Shown here: positions 18,058 through 28,260 of the stretch, piece after piece
How positions within the stretch are numbered: the stretch's first letter is position 1
Layout: the number at the start of each line of letters is the position of its first letter
Assembly (NCBI GenBank): GCA_963703345.1
Contig: OY969814.1
Coordinates: 1,184,001 to 1,248,000 of the forward strand
Direction of reading: 5' to 3'
Length of the DNA stretch: 64,000 nucleotides
Source: an uncultured Chloroflexia bacterium
GTDB taxonomy: Bacteria; Chloroflexota; Dehalococcoidia; DSTF01; JALHUB01
Notes under the pieces: generated by a model
Told to the model about the DNA's origin: nothing
The model's database searches: none
What the model saw: the letters and a program-made list of their open reading frames with translations, nothing else
Program-made: the position numbers and the translations under genes

Positions 18058-18303
18058 CTAGTAACGACGCGTCGTGTTACGCGGATCTTCCATGTCGCCT
18101 TCGTAACGGCAGTGTGAGGTGCGCTTGTCGCGTTCACGTTGCGCGATGCGCTCTGCGCATCGCGCCGCGGCACCACGTCGCTCCGCTAGTATGCGCCTCG
18201 CTTGAGGCCGAGGAACGCCGCACCGGCGGCAGTGGCGCCCTCTCGCATCGGCGTTCCGCACTTTCGGCTCGGCCATCTGGGTGCCGCACTGTGGACAGAA
18301 CAT
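18058..18303 (-). CDS. Small zinc-ribbon protein (81 aa)
   Basis: MFCPQCG...HCRRCG; GGAGG RBS before ATG 18303. Confidence 0.55.
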   Translation of the reverse strand: MFCPQCGTQMAEPKVRNADARGRHCRRCGVPRPQARRILAERRGAAARCAERIAQRERDKRTSHCRYEGDMEDPRNTTRRY

Positions 18304-18332
18304 CGAGATTCCCTCCCCTCGCTGGGCGTACG

Positions 18333-18908
18333 CTACGGCTGACAACCGGGCGGGTCGCCCTCGAAGACGACGACGAAATAGGTCTTCCCTTCTTGGCTGA
18401 GTGCGGCTCCCGCTCCCATCCTCGTATAGCAGCGACCGGTGATGACCGTCACGTGAGGCGGGCTGTTGCGCCACATGGAAAGCGCCATGTCAACCGTCGC
18501 ATCTGTCAACGCATTGTTCCAGGCCATCACCTCGCCGGTCCAGCCGGGCGTGATGCCGGCCCGCTCCATCAGGCAGCGCGCGGGGCAGCCGTCCGGCGGC
18601 GAATGCGAGAAGTAGTTGAGGTTCGCCATGTCCTCCGCTCGATCGCGGGCGATGGCGGCGAGCTGGGGGTCGGCGGTCAGCGGCGGTAGGCCCGCCTGGG
18701 CGCGAATCTGATTGATGCCTCGATCAATGCCGTTTTCGACCTGCGCCTGAATCGTACAGCCGCCGCAGAGAAGCATGAAGGTGAGCGCAGCCACGGCGAG
18801 CGGCAGAGAAGCGAATCGCAATGAACGGCGGCACAGGCCGACGCGGAGGGCCTGCCGTTCGATACGGGAATGTGCATCTACGAGGGTCCGCATCCGCTGC
18901 GTCTCCAC
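18333..18908 (-). CDS. CAP/SCP domain secreted protein
   Basis: INQIRAQAGLPPL, A.DMA..NYFSH, GEVMA, WRNSPPH, MGAG; N-terminal hydrophobic signal. Confidence 0.85.
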   Translation of the reverse strand: METQRMRTLVDAHSRIERQALRVGLCRRSLRFASLPLAVAALTFMLLCGGCTIQAQVENGIDRGINQIRAQAGLPPLTADPQLAAIARDRAEDMANLNYFSHSPPDGCPARCLMERAGITPGWTGEVMAWNNALTDATVDMALSMWRNSPPHVTVITGRCYTRMGAGAALSQEGKTYFVVVFEGDPPGCQP

Positions 18909-19046
18909 TCCACGTCTTCAGGCATTCTACCCGCGACCCGCGCATCCGGTAACCACCTGCGGCGGAGCCCTCGTCGCGCCTCGTAGGGGCCAAATGCACT
19001 ATACTGAGGCGCGACCGATAACGCGACGAATCAGAAGGAGACAACA

Positions 19047-19844
19047 ATGGAATTCGAGCAGCTCGCTGTCCGCAGGGAGAACAAGGTCGCCGTCTGCGCT
19101 ATTCGCAATCCGCCGCGCAACCTAATGAACAGCCGCACGGTGCGAGAGCTCGAAGCCCTTATACAGGAACTAGAGGCCGACGACTCGGTGCGCGCCGTCG
19201 TCTTCACCGGCGGCCTCGATGGCATCTTCATCACCCACTACGACGTCTCTGAGCTGTCAGCGATTCCCGGCAGGGAGATGCCCGCGGAGCCGCTCAGGGT
19301 CCCGGAAATGCCGTTTCATCGCCTGCTGCTACGCCTGCAGAGGCTGCCGAAGCCGGTCATAGCCGCCATCAACGGGCAGTGCGGAGGCGGCGGCTGCGAG
19401 TTCGCTCTCGCCTGCGACCTGCGCATCATGGCCATCGGCGACTTCGGCATCGGGCAGCCGGAGGTCAACGTGGGCATAATACCCGGAGGCGGTGGCACGC
19501 AGCGGCTGCCCCGCGCAGTCGGCCAGGCGAAGGCGCTGGAGATGATGCTGCTGGGCAAAGTCGTCGGCGCCGAGGAGGCGGAGCGAATCGGTCTCGTCCA
19601 CAAGGCGGTGCCCGCCGCCGACTTCATGCCGGCCGTTATGGCGCTGGCTCAGAGGCTAGCTCAAGGCGCGCCCATCGCGCAGGGGTTGATCAAGCGCTGC
19701 GTCTACGAAGGGCGCGACGTGCCGCTGGAAGACGGCCTCCATATCGAATGGGAAGCTTTCATGCAAGTGCTCCGCAGCGAAGACGCTCGCGGGGCGATGA
19801 AGGCCTATCTCAAGGGAGAGCCGTACGAGTTCAAGGGGTGCTGA
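19047..19844 (+). CDS. Enoyl-CoA hydratase/isomerase family protein
   Basis: PKPVIAAING.CGGGGCEFALACDLR, GQPEVNVGIIPGGGGTQRLPR. Confidence 0.92.
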   Translation: MEFEQLAVRRENKVAVCAIRNPPRNLMNSRTVRELEALIQELEADDSVRAVVFTGGLDGIFITHYDVSELSAIPGREMPAEPLRVPEMPFHRLLLRLQRLPKPVIAAINGQCGGGGCEFALACDLRIMAIGDFGIGQPEVNVGIIPGGGGTQRLPRAVGQAKALEMMLLGKVVGAEEAERIGLVHKAVPAADFMPAVMALAQRLAQGAPIAQGLIKRCVYEGRDVPLEDGLHIEWEAFMQVLRSEDARGAMKAYLKGEPYEFKGC

Positions 19845-19938
19845 AGTCTCTTCGCTTCTCGGTCTGTCCTATCACCTTCCGTACTCGTCGCTGCCCCGTG
19901 TATATTGGCTGTGACTACGAAGCTGGAGGAGCCATCGG

Positions 19939-21168
19939 ATGAAGCTGAAAGTGCCAAAACTAATCTGGGACGGCGGCGGCGAGCGCGAGCTGGAGTTTCC
20001 TGAAGAATGGGACGTCCATTTCTGCCCGTCGCGCGGCTGGGATCGGCCGGCCTTGAACGACAAGGCGATGCGCAAAGCCTTCGCCAACCCCATCGGCGCA
20101 CCCCGAATTCGCGACCTCGCCCGCGGGAAGAAGGAGGTCGTGATCATCTTCGACGACATCACGCGACCGACGCCGGTCCACCAGATTGCGCCCTACGTCC
20201 TCGAAGAGTTGCGCAAAGCGGGAATCGCCGACGATCAGGTGCGCTTTGTCATAGCCTCCGGCACGCACGGCGCCCATGACAACAGCGCGCTGCGCGCCAA
20301 GCTGGGCCAGGAGATACTGGAGCGCTATCTCGTCTTCCAGCACAACCCTTACGAGAACTGCGTCTCGGTGGGCGCCACGCGGCTGGGCCGCGTCATCGCC
20401 GTCAACCGGGAGGTCATGTCTTGCGATCTCAAGATCGGCATCGGCTGCATCCTGCCCCATCCCCAGGCGGGCTTCGGCGGCGGCGGCAAGCTCATTCTGC
20501 CCGGCGTTGCCCATATCGACAGTGTCGACCGCTTCCACCGCGCGGCGACGGACAGCGCACCGGGCACTGTCGGCATGGGCATCTGGGACGAGAACCCGAT
20601 GCGGCGTGAGACGGAGGAGGCAGCGCGACTCGCCGGGCTCGACATGACGGTCGACGCGATCTTCAACGGCCGCTGCGAGGTGACGGACCTGCTGGTCGGC
20701 GACCCCGTGCTGGCGCACCACGAGGGCGTGCGTCTGGCGAAGGAGGTATACGCGACGGAGCTTGTCCGCGACGCCGATGTTGTTGTCAGCAACGCCCACG
20801 CCAAGCCGAACGAGGCGATGATCGCGCTGGCGATTGCACTTGGTTCCATCAACCGGTCCGCCGGCGACATCGTCCTCATCGTGGACTGTCCGCGGGGGCA
20901 GATCGTGCACTATCTGTTGCGTCGCTTTGGCAAGGAGTACGGCGGCCGGCAGTACGCGACACGCGGCGGCCTTCCGCCTCAGTTCCGCGTAATCGTCCTC
21001 AACCCGCAGCCCGACCTGACCTGCACGGACCTGTTCCTCGACCCGGGCAGCGTCATTTGGGCGAAGGAATGGCGGCAGGCTCTGGCGCACCTGCGCGAAC
21101 GGTATCCCGGGAACGCGCGTGTTGCAGTCTACCCGGACGGCACCGCCCAGTACCCTGCTCCCCCTTAG
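19939..21168 (+). CDS. LarA-superfamily (nickel-pincer) racemase/epimerase
   Basis: IIFDDITRPTP, ASGTHG, QHNPY, ILPHPQAGFGGGGKLILPG. Confidence 0.85.
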   Translation: MKLKVPKLIWDGGGERELEFPEEWDVHFCPSRGWDRPALNDKAMRKAFANPIGAPRIRDLARGKKEVVIIFDDITRPTPVHQIAPYVLEELRKAGIADDQVRFVIASGTHGAHDNSALRAKLGQEILERYLVFQHNPYENCVSVGATRLGRVIAVNREVMSCDLKIGIGCILPHPQAGFGGGGKLILPGVAHIDSVDRFHRAATDSAPGTVGMGIWDENPMRRETEEAARLAGLDMTVDAIFNGRCEVTDLLVGDPVLAHHEGVRLAKEVYATELVRDADVVVSNAHAKPNEAMIALAIALGSINRSAGDIVLIVDCPRGQIVHYLLRRFGKEYGGRQYATRGGLPPQFRVIVLNPQPDLTCTDLFLDPGSVIWAKEWRQALAHLRERYPGNARVAVYPDGTAQYPAPP

Positions 21169-21207
21169 CGCGGTCGAACGCCCAGGGGTAGGTGGTCTAC
21201 GGGTGGT

Positions 21208-23853
21208 TCAGTTGCAATGCTGGCCTATCTGCCTCGACATAATAAGCATGTCGGTACTATTGATTCTCCCATCCTTGTTGAGGTCGAGGTCGGCATTGTA
21301 AAGGCCGTCATTGTAGCGCTGTGTTTGCGCGGTGGCGATGATGAGCAGGTCAGTAGGACTGACTCTTTTGTCGCCGTTGACGTCGGCGATCTCAACGTTG
21401 TCGGGGCAGCCGTTGGAATTTGTGTCCGTCATCGTCGGCGATGTGGCCCAGCCCATGACCTCGTAGCGGTCGGGGATACCATCACCATCCGTGTCAGACT
21501 TATTCTGGTCCGCCCCGAACAGCGCCTTGATGTTGTCAAATGCCGCGGTTGACGGCTTGCTCAAGGGGTTGAGAGGGTCCGAACCGAGAAGGCATTCGAC
21601 GCCGTCGACCACGCCATCGCCGTCCGTGTCCGCTTTCTTAGGATCTGTCGGCCCGGAACCACAGCCGACATCCTCGCCCGGTATGCCCAACGGGCTCGTG
21701 CCGGTATTCAGCATGAAGTCGTTGTCTATGTCCGGGTCGCAGGCGTCGCCAAGCCCATCTGAATTAGGGACAGTCGCGTCGTCGCCGGGCACATATGGCC
21801 CGTTATCGATAGGTTTGGCGTCAGTGTTGGTCTGGTCGGGGTTGTAGTTGTTCGGGCAGTTGTCGTACAAATCGGGGATCGAGTCGTGATCGGCATCAAC
21901 GGGCTGGCAGATGCCGCCGGCGGCGATCGCAGCAGCATAAGCATCCAAGCGCCCTGTCCCGAACGTGTTATCCATACCCGGTTCTCCGAGGTCGACCGCG
22001 TTGTCCAGGATGAGATCGTGAATCGCAGCTCGGTCCGCCGCGGGATCATCGCCCGGGTCGCCTGCCTTCAGGTCAGGTCTGCACTGAAGCAATAGCGCGG
22101 CGACACCAGCGACGTGGGGCGCGGCAGCAGAGGTCCCGAGGAACGTTGTTCCGAAACCGCCGGCGCCCGTAACACTCACGCCATCGATGCCCGCAACATC
22201 CGGCTTCGTACGACCGTCTTCAGTCGGCCCGCGGCTACTGAATGTTTCGATCGTGTCATTCCCCGGATCATAGGCTCCGATTGCGCCGACGGAAATGACG
22301 CCGCCCCCGGCGTCGTTCTCGCAGACTATGCTGCTCCGAGTCGTGTTGAAGTTGTGATACGCGCTTGTACCCGGAAGCTGACGCCGGACAGTCGGCAGGA
22401 TGGACATGTCGAGGATGCGTGGTACCCCCGACCTTTTCACGATTGCGATGTCGAAGTAGCCAGCAGCCACACCGTAATTGCCGTAGCCCAGAATCTCCTC
22501 GGGATCGTCGTTGCCATCCTGAACCTGTGTGCTTGATGCCACCGGTGTGCCTGCCGGACGGCCGTCTGGACCCTCACGGTACAGGTAGAGGTTGTAGTCG
22601 TTGGAAGACGCGCCCCACGGGTCGTTCCATTCAAGCGCGATGGTAACGGTGTCGTTGGTTTCAAGCCATATTGAGTCGAATGAGGACGGTTGCGAGCCGC
22701 GCGCCTCGGTGGTGTCGCCGGTCGTTTGAAACTCGTGCCAACCAGGGTAAGATCCGCCGCTGTCCGTGAACTTGCCCTGATAGTGCTCCACAGCTAAGTT
22801 CCCCACGGCCGTGGAGTACTGCCTGATAGGGTTCAGAGGGCTGTTCAAGGCAGCCGACGTGTTGGTTGAGACGTAGCTGCTACCGTCATAGGGACCAGCG
22901 GTTAGGAAACCTATGTCATCAACAACCACGTCAGTGTGAGCAGCGAGGCAGTTTACGGTCCAGTTGAAGTCCAACCCCGTGCACCCCCCCCCTGGGCCAC
23001 AGTAGTAGCCGAACCACAGCTCGGCGTCAGGGGCGATGTCGTGGACGATTTCCAGCATGGCGGTGCCCTCTGCTCCGCCCTGTTGCGGGTTGCCGAATAT
23101 CCACCAATCGCCGCCCTTTGTAAGGGCGTTGCAGGTTCGGACGTTCACGGACGACGGCAAATCGCCGCTGCCTTGCGCGCTGGTCAGGCCGGTCACACCG
23201 TTTGAGATTACGCCGACCCGCACTCCAGCACCCGTGACGCCGAGAGTCTCCCTCACCCAGTTACCCCTAATGACCGCGTCCCCTTGCGTCATCGCCGAAC
23301 CGCTCTCAACAAATCCGTAGTCAGGCAGTCTCACGTTCTTGACCGCATCAAGACCGGCTACGACATCCAGTTTGTCTACCGGGGCCATTCCCTGCACGAT
23401 TCCGGACTTGTCATCGACGGTCTGGATAGTGACGCCTGAATCCTCCAGGGTTTCCAACAAGGCAGGGTCCACTCGGTCTGCTTCCACGTATACCTGGACC
23501 AGCTTGCCTTCTGGATCGAGATGCATGAGACCGCCGCGGACAAGGCCGTCGAGATCGGGCGGCAAGTCTACGGGCCTCAGGGGGCTCCCTGAGCTGATAG
23601 CAGCGTCAGAGAGCCGTGCCAACGGGGGCGCGAGTTTGGGGTGACGGGAAAGGCCGGGCGGAGCGACGGTCTGATTGGCTGTGGGCGGACTTGGTGTGCC
23701 GTCAGTGGCTACGGGTGATGGCTGAGGCGCTGGGTCAGCCATCGCGCCTGAAGTTACCCTTGTGTGGAAAAGCCCAAAAGCAACAACACATGATACGAGC
23801 GTGAGGACGACAAAGATAGCGAAGGGATTACAACCGTGGTGTTCTTCCATCAA
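21208..23853 (-). CDS. Secreted subtilase (Glu-Asp-Ser type) with TSP3-like Ca-binding repeats and a C-terminal dockerin-like domain
   Basis: EGTAMLEIVHD, FSSRGP, KPDVAG, GTSAAAPHVAG; DNCP..YNPDQ and DTDGDG repeats; DVNGD.../DLNKDGRINSTD duplicated EF-hand; exact start uncertain. Confidence 0.85.
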   Translation of the reverse strand: MMEEHHGCNPFAIFVVLTLVSCVVAFGLFHTRVTSGAMADPAPQPSPVATDGTPSPPTANQTVAPPGLSRHPKLAPPLARLSDAAISSGSPLRPVDLPPDLDGLVRGGLMHLDPEGKLVQVYVEADRVDPALLETLEDSGVTIQTVDDKSGIVQGMAPVDKLDVVAGLDAVKNVRLPDYGFVESGSAMTQGDAVIRGNWVRETLGVTGAGVRVGVISNGVTGLTSAQGSGDLPSSVNVRTCNALTKGGDWWIFGNPQQGGAEGTAMLEIVHDIAPDAELWFGYYCGPGGGCTGLDFNWTVNCLAAHTDVVVDDIGFLTAGPYDGSSYVSTNTSAALNSPLNPIRQYSTAVGNLAVEHYQGKFTDSGGSYPGWHEFQTTGDTTEARGSQPSSFDSIWLETNDTVTIALEWNDPWGASSNDYNLYLYREGPDGRPAGTPVASSTQVQDGNDDPEEILGYGNYGVAAGYFDIAIVKRSGVPRILDMSILPTVRRQLPGTSAYHNFNTTRSSIVCENDAGGGVISVGAIGAYDPGNDTIETFSSRGPTEDGRTKPDVAGIDGVSVTGAGGFGTTFLGTSAAAPHVAGVAALLLQCRPDLKAGDPGDDPAADRAAIHDLILDNAVDLGEPGMDNTFGTGRLDAYAAAIAAGGICQPVDADHDSIPDLYDNCPNNYNPDQTNTDAKPIDNGPYVPGDDATVPNSDGLGDACDPDIDNDFMLNTGTSPLGIPGEDVGCGSGPTDPKKADTDGDGVVDGVECLLGSDPLNPLSKPSTAAFDNIKALFGADQNKSDTDGDGIPDRYEVMGWATSPTMTDTNSNGCPDNVEIADVNGDKRVSPTDLLIIATAQTQRYNDGLYNADLDLNKDGRINSTDMLIMSRQIGQHCN

Positions 23854-23919
23854 CGGCCTCGGTTCGCTGATCTTTGGCAGGGGGATTCAGAGAGTGGCGG
23901 GCGCTCTGTCTTGCCCGAT

Positions 23920-23956
23920 AGTCTACTTCATTCACCGTGTTTGTCAATCATTGACA
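23920..23956. promoter_or_regulatory. Minus-strand promoter TTGACA-N16-TAGACT overlapping the palindrome tgtcaa-tca-ttgaca
   Basis: Back-to-back TTGACA hexamers between the divergent subtilase and frhB-like genes. Confidence 0.55.
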
Positions 23957-24177
23957 TTCGGGTGCGGAAGGCCGCGTTACCCCCAGGCGCGCGGGCACTT
24001 CCCCTGCGGTCTCCCGGCGAGGCCATTGCCTTTGCGGTGAACGGGCATCGGCGTATCATTCGATACGGGAGCGCCGGCCGGAACCGACGTGGCCGGCGCC
24101 GGCCAAGCCATGTTACAATTTAGAAAGCATCTAGCTGTTATTTGCCTTCTTCGTCACACCGTCGAAGGGAGCGGAGA

Positions 24178-25311
24178 GTGACCCCACAGGTGAAGGGCGG
24201 TCTCAGCCTTCGTGCAGACGTCATCGACCGTGGCCTCTGCACCCTCTGCGGCGCCTGCGTCGGCATGTGCCCGTACATCGTCAATTATCGCGGCCGCGTC
24301 GTTGCCCTCGACGACTGCGCTGTGGAACAGGGGCGCTGCTACGCCTTCTGCCCGCGCACCGCAACCGACCTCGACGAGGCGAGCAAAGCGGTTTTCGGGG
24401 CAGCCTACGACGACGGCCCAATCGGACGGGTCGCGGAAGTGCTCATGGCGCGCGCCGCTCGCGAGAACGTACGCGAGAGGGCGCAGTACGGTGGCACAGT
24501 CAGCGCCCTCGTCGCCTTTGCCATCGAGCGCGGCTTCATCGACAGCGCTGTCCTAACGAAGAGCGACTCGTCGCTGCTGCCCTCCGGCGTGATCGCGCGC
24601 GACGCGTCGGAAGTTCTGTCTCACGCCGGCTCCAGCTACGTTGCCGCGCCGACCCTCGCCGCCTTCAATCGGGAGGCGCAGCGCGAGGATGTGCGACGCG
24701 TCGGCGTCGTCGGCACGCCGTGCCAGGCGCTGGCGCTTGCGAAGATGCGCCTATCGCCGTTGGAGAATCGCAACAACGTCGACAAGCTATCGCTCGTCGT
24801 GGGCCTGTTCTGCACGTGGGCGCTCGATTACAGCGTGTTCGCCGCCTTCCTCGCCGAAAAGACGCCGCTGGAGCGCGTCTCGAAGCTCGATATCCCGCCG
24901 CCGCCGGCCAACTTGCTGCTTGTCTTCGCCGGCGCCGAGAAGCTTTCGATTCCGCTCGACGAAGTGCGCCGTTTCATCCGTCCCGCCTGCAACGTCTGCC
25001 TGGACATGACCGCGGAGTTCGCCGACGTGGCGGTCGGCGCCGCGGAGGGCATCGACGGCTGGAACACGCTCATCGTCCGCAGCGAACGCGGCCGCGAGCT
25101 GGTGGAGGCGGCGCACGCGGCCGGCGTCATCGGGGCCGACGCCCTGCCGGAGGAGAACCTGAGTCATCTGAAGGGCGCGTCGCTGGGCAAGCGAAGGCGC
25201 GCTCTGACGAATATCCGCGCTATGACGGGCAGCGACGACGACCTGCTCTACCTGGAGCTACGCCCGGAGACGCGTCAGAAGCTCCTCGCGGACGGGCCGG
25301 CGGAGAGTTAG
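24178..25311 (+). CDS. Coenzyme F420 hydrogenase/dehydrogenase beta-subunit (FrhB/FdhB) family Fe-S flavoprotein
   Basis: CTLCGACVGMCP, CYAFCP, QYGGTVSAL, GTPCQ, GLFCTW, CNVCLD..AEFADVAVG. Confidence 0.88.
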   Translation: MTPQVKGGLSLRADVIDRGLCTLCGACVGMCPYIVNYRGRVVALDDCAVEQGRCYAFCPRTATDLDEASKAVFGAAYDDGPIGRVAEVLMARAARENVRERAQYGGTVSALVAFAIERGFIDSAVLTKSDSSLLPSGVIARDASEVLSHAGSSYVAAPTLAAFNREAQREDVRRVGVVGTPCQALALAKMRLSPLENRNNVDKLSLVVGLFCTWALDYSVFAAFLAEKTPLERVSKLDIPPPPANLLLVFAGAEKLSIPLDEVRRFIRPACNVCLDMTAEFADVAVGAAEGIDGWNTLIVRSERGRELVEAAHAAGVIGADALPEENLSHLKGASLGKRRRALTNIRAMTGSDDDLLYLELRPETRQKLLADGPAES

Positions 25312-25315
25312 CGAC

Positions 25316-27229
25316 ATGGCAAACCTTGCGACTTTCGACGAAGGGACGCGGCAGCTTCTGATGGGCAACGAGGCGATTGCCCGCGGCGCGCTGGAGGCGG
25401 GCATCGGCTTTGCCGCCGCCTACCCGGGCAACCCGTCGTCGGAGATCATCGGCTCGCTGGCTGAGGTGGCGAAGGACGCGGGCATTTACGTCGAGTGGTC
25501 GGTCAACGAGAAAGTCGCCCTCGAAGCCGCTGCGGCCGCCGCCTTCTCCGGCGTGCGCTCGCTGGTCGCCATGAAGCACAATGGCCTCAACGTCGTCCTC
25601 GACTACCTGATGGGGCTGGCGCTGACCGGCACGAAGGCGGGCATCGTCCTGGTCACCTGCGACGACCCGGGCGCGCTCTCCAGCACCGAGGAGGAGGACT
25701 CGCGCATCGTCGCCAAGTGGGCGAACCTGCCGCTGCTGGAGCCCGGCACCTTCCAGGAAGAGAAGGACATGACCCGCTGGGCCTACGAGCTGTCGGAAGA
25801 GCTGAAGAGCGTCGTGCTGATCCGCGGCGTGACGCGAACCTCGCACGCCCGCGGCGACGTCGAAATCGGCGAGCGCCTGCCGCCGACGCGCGACGCCCGC
25901 TTCGCGCCGTCGAATTCGATCGAGTTCACGTCCGTGCCGGCGCCGTTCAAGCACATGCTGGCGAACCAGAAGATGGAGCGCGCGCGTCAGATCTTCGAGA
26001 ACTCGCCATTCAACCGCTACGAAGGGCCGGAGAAGCCGGACTTGCTGATAGCCACCAGCGGTAGCGGCTGGTTCTACGCGCTGGAGGCGGTGAGAGCGCT
26101 GGAGCTGGAGAAGAGCGTCGGCATCCTCAAGCTGGCGACGACGTGGCCGCTCCCCGAGAAACTCGTTCGCGAGCACCTGTCGCGGGCGGCCGAGGTGCTG
26201 GTCGTCGAAGAGATCGACCCGTTCCTGGAGGGCAACCTGAAGGAGCTCGTCGGCGAGGACCCGGCGGGCGTCGGGCCCGTCAGATTCTATGGCAAGCGGA
26301 GCGGGCATATTCCCGCCTACGGCGAGATCAACCCCGACATCGTCACGGCGGCCCTGGCGCGAATCCTGGACATCGAGTATCGCGCCGTCGAGCCCGACTA
26401 CTCGCAAAAGGCGCTGGCGCTGACCTCGCCGTTCGTCCACGGGAGGATCGTCGGCTTCTGCGCCGGCTGTCCGCATCGCGCGACGTTCTGGTCGATCAAG
26501 AACGCGCTCAAGCTGGACGGGCGCGACGGCTTCGTCAGCGGCGACATCGGCTGCTACTCGATGGCGGTCGGTCCGGCCGGCTACTTCCAGGTCAAGACGA
26601 TGCAGGCGATGGGCTCCGGCACGGGGATGGCCTGCGGCTTCGGGAAGCTGGCGGAGTTCGGCTTCACGCAGCCGGTGCTGACGGTCTGCGGCGATTCCAC
26701 GTTCTATCACGCGACCATACCGGCGATTATCAGCGGCATCTACAATCGCGCCGACTTCACGCTTCTGGTCCTCGACAACAGCGCGACGGCGATGACTGGC
26801 TTCCAGCCGCATGCGGGCACCGGCCGCAGCGCGATGGGCGAGACGACGCCGACGGTTGACATCGCGACGTTGTGTCGCGCTCTAGGCGTCCGCGTCGAGG
26901 AGACCGACCCGTTCGACCTGCAGGGCACGACAGAGAAGCTGCTCGATCTCATGCGGGACGAAGGGGTCCGCGTCCTCATCGTCAAGCGGGAGTGCGCGCT
27001 GGTCCGCGCCCGCAAGGAGAAGCCGGCGTTCAAGATGCGCGTCGACGCCGAGCGTTGCCTCGGCGAAAGCTGCGGCTGCTCGCGGCTGTGCACGCGCGTC
27101 TTCCAGTGCCCGGCGCTCATGTGGGACGTATCTCAAGGCGTCGCCGGCATCGACGAGGTCCTATGCGCCGGCTGCGGCGTCTGCGCGGATATCTGCCCGG
27201 CGGGAGCGATTATCAGGGAACCGGCGTGA
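25316..27229 (+). CDS. iorA: Indolepyruvate:ferredoxin oxidoreductase alpha subunit
   Basis: LMGNEAIARGA, YPGNPSSEI, EWSVNEKVA, FCAGCPHR, GDIGCY, GDSTFYH, LDN..TAMTGFQP, C-terminal ferredoxin. Confidence 0.92.
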   Translation: MANLATFDEGTRQLLMGNEAIARGALEAGIGFAAAYPGNPSSEIIGSLAEVAKDAGIYVEWSVNEKVALEAAAAAAFSGVRSLVAMKHNGLNVVLDYLMGLALTGTKAGIVLVTCDDPGALSSTEEEDSRIVAKWANLPLLEPGTFQEEKDMTRWAYELSEELKSVVLIRGVTRTSHARGDVEIGERLPPTRDARFAPSNSIEFTSVPAPFKHMLANQKMERARQIFENSPFNRYEGPEKPDLLIATSGSGWFYALEAVRALELEKSVGILKLATTWPLPEKLVREHLSRAAEVLVVEEIDPFLEGNLKELVGEDPAGVGPVRFYGKRSGHIPAYGEINPDIVTAALARILDIEYRAVEPDYSQKALALTSPFVHGRIVGFCAGCPHRATFWSIKNALKLDGRDGFVSGDIGCYSMAVGPAGYFQVKTMQAMGSGTGMACGFGKLAEFGFTQPVLTVCGDSTFYHATIPAIISGIYNRADFTLLVLDNSATAMTGFQPHAGTGRSAMGETTPTVDIATLCRALGVRVEETDPFDLQGTTEKLLDLMRDEGVRVLIVKRECALVRARKEKPAFKMRVDAERCLGESCGCSRLCTRVFQCPALMWDVSQGVAGIDEVLCAGCGVCADICPAGAIIREPA

Positions 27230-27837
27230 TGGTGGAGAAAGAACCGCTTAACATAATTATCACCGGCGTCGGTGGGCAGGGGAATGTCCTGCTGTCGCAG
27301 CTAGTCGGCAAGGTGCTGGTGCGCGGCGGCTTTCACGCAACGATAGGCGAGACTTACGGCGCGTCGCAGCGCGGCGGCGCGGTGATGAGCCACCTGCGGG
27401 TGTCACGCCGGATGCAGTACGGGCCACTCATCGGCGAAGGGCAGGCGGACGTGATCGTCGGACTGGAGCCGCTGGAGACGCTGCGAGTGCTGGCGCAGTA
27501 CGGGAATGCGGATGTCACGGTGATCACGAACTCGCGGCCGGTGTTCCCGGCGGCGGTGAGCGGCGGCGACGCGAAGTACCCGACGGTGGGCGAGATTGCG
27601 TCTGCGCTGGCGGAGCTGTCGAGTCGTTCCTGGGTGGTCGACGCGACGGACATCGCGCTCGAGCTGGGCCCGCCGATCCTCGCCAACATTGTTATGATGG
27701 GCACGCTGGTAGGCAGCGGGCTTCTGCCACTCGAAGCCGAGCCCTTCGAGACGGAGCTGCGCGAGAGTCTGGCGGCAGACCGCCTGGAGATGAACCTCGA
27801 GGCGTTCCGACGCGGCATGGCCGAGGTAGCTCCCTAG
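27229..27837 (+). CDS. iorB: Indolepyruvate oxidoreductase beta subunit
   Basis: ITGVGGQG, ETYGASQRGGAVMSHLR, ANIVMMG, NLEAFRRG; overlaps the iorA stop. Confidence 0.92.
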   Translation: MVEKEPLNIIITGVGGQGNVLLSQLVGKVLVRGGFHATIGETYGASQRGGAVMSHLRVSRRMQYGPLIGEGQADVIVGLEPLETLRVLAQYGNADVTVITNSRPVFPAAVSGGDAKYPTVGEIASALAELSSRSWVVDATDIALELGPPILANIVMMGTLVGSGLLPLEAEPFETELRESLAADRLEMNLEAFRRGMAEVAP

Positions 27838-27863
27838 GTCGCCTCGCTTTCGAAGGAAGAGAG

Positions 27864-28260
27864 AATTCTGAGGGATGAATCCCTCAGCCTCGTTGGATTG
27901 CGCGAGGCGGAGCCTCGCGCGGGAACCCACGCCGCTGCTGGCAACCGACCCTCATGTTGCGTCGCAGTCCCAACGACCCTGCGAGACGGCAGTGCGAGGT
28001 GTGCTGATCGCGTTCCGGGTTGCGCTCCTCGCTTCGCTCGTCGCGCGGACACGCCGAATCGTTTCGGTGAGGAAAAAACGACTCTGAGGGGAATCCCTCA
28101 GCTTCGTGACTGGGGTTGCGCGAGGCTTCGCCTCGCGCAGACACCACGTTGCTACAAGCTAATTGCCCTCATGTTACGCCGTTATCCCATCGACCGGGCG
28201 AGACGGCAGTGCTGCGTGGGCTGATCGCGTCGCGGGTTGCGCTCCTCGTCCGCGCGTGGC
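27864..28260. repeat. Imperfect tandem duplication (~217-bp unit) rich in hairpins
   Basis: ctgaggga(t)gaatccctcag-type hairpin at 27868 and 28084; gcgcgaggc-N4-gcctcgcgc twice; gcgagacggcagtgc at 27981 and 28198; gggttgcgctcctcg twice. Confidence 0.75.
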
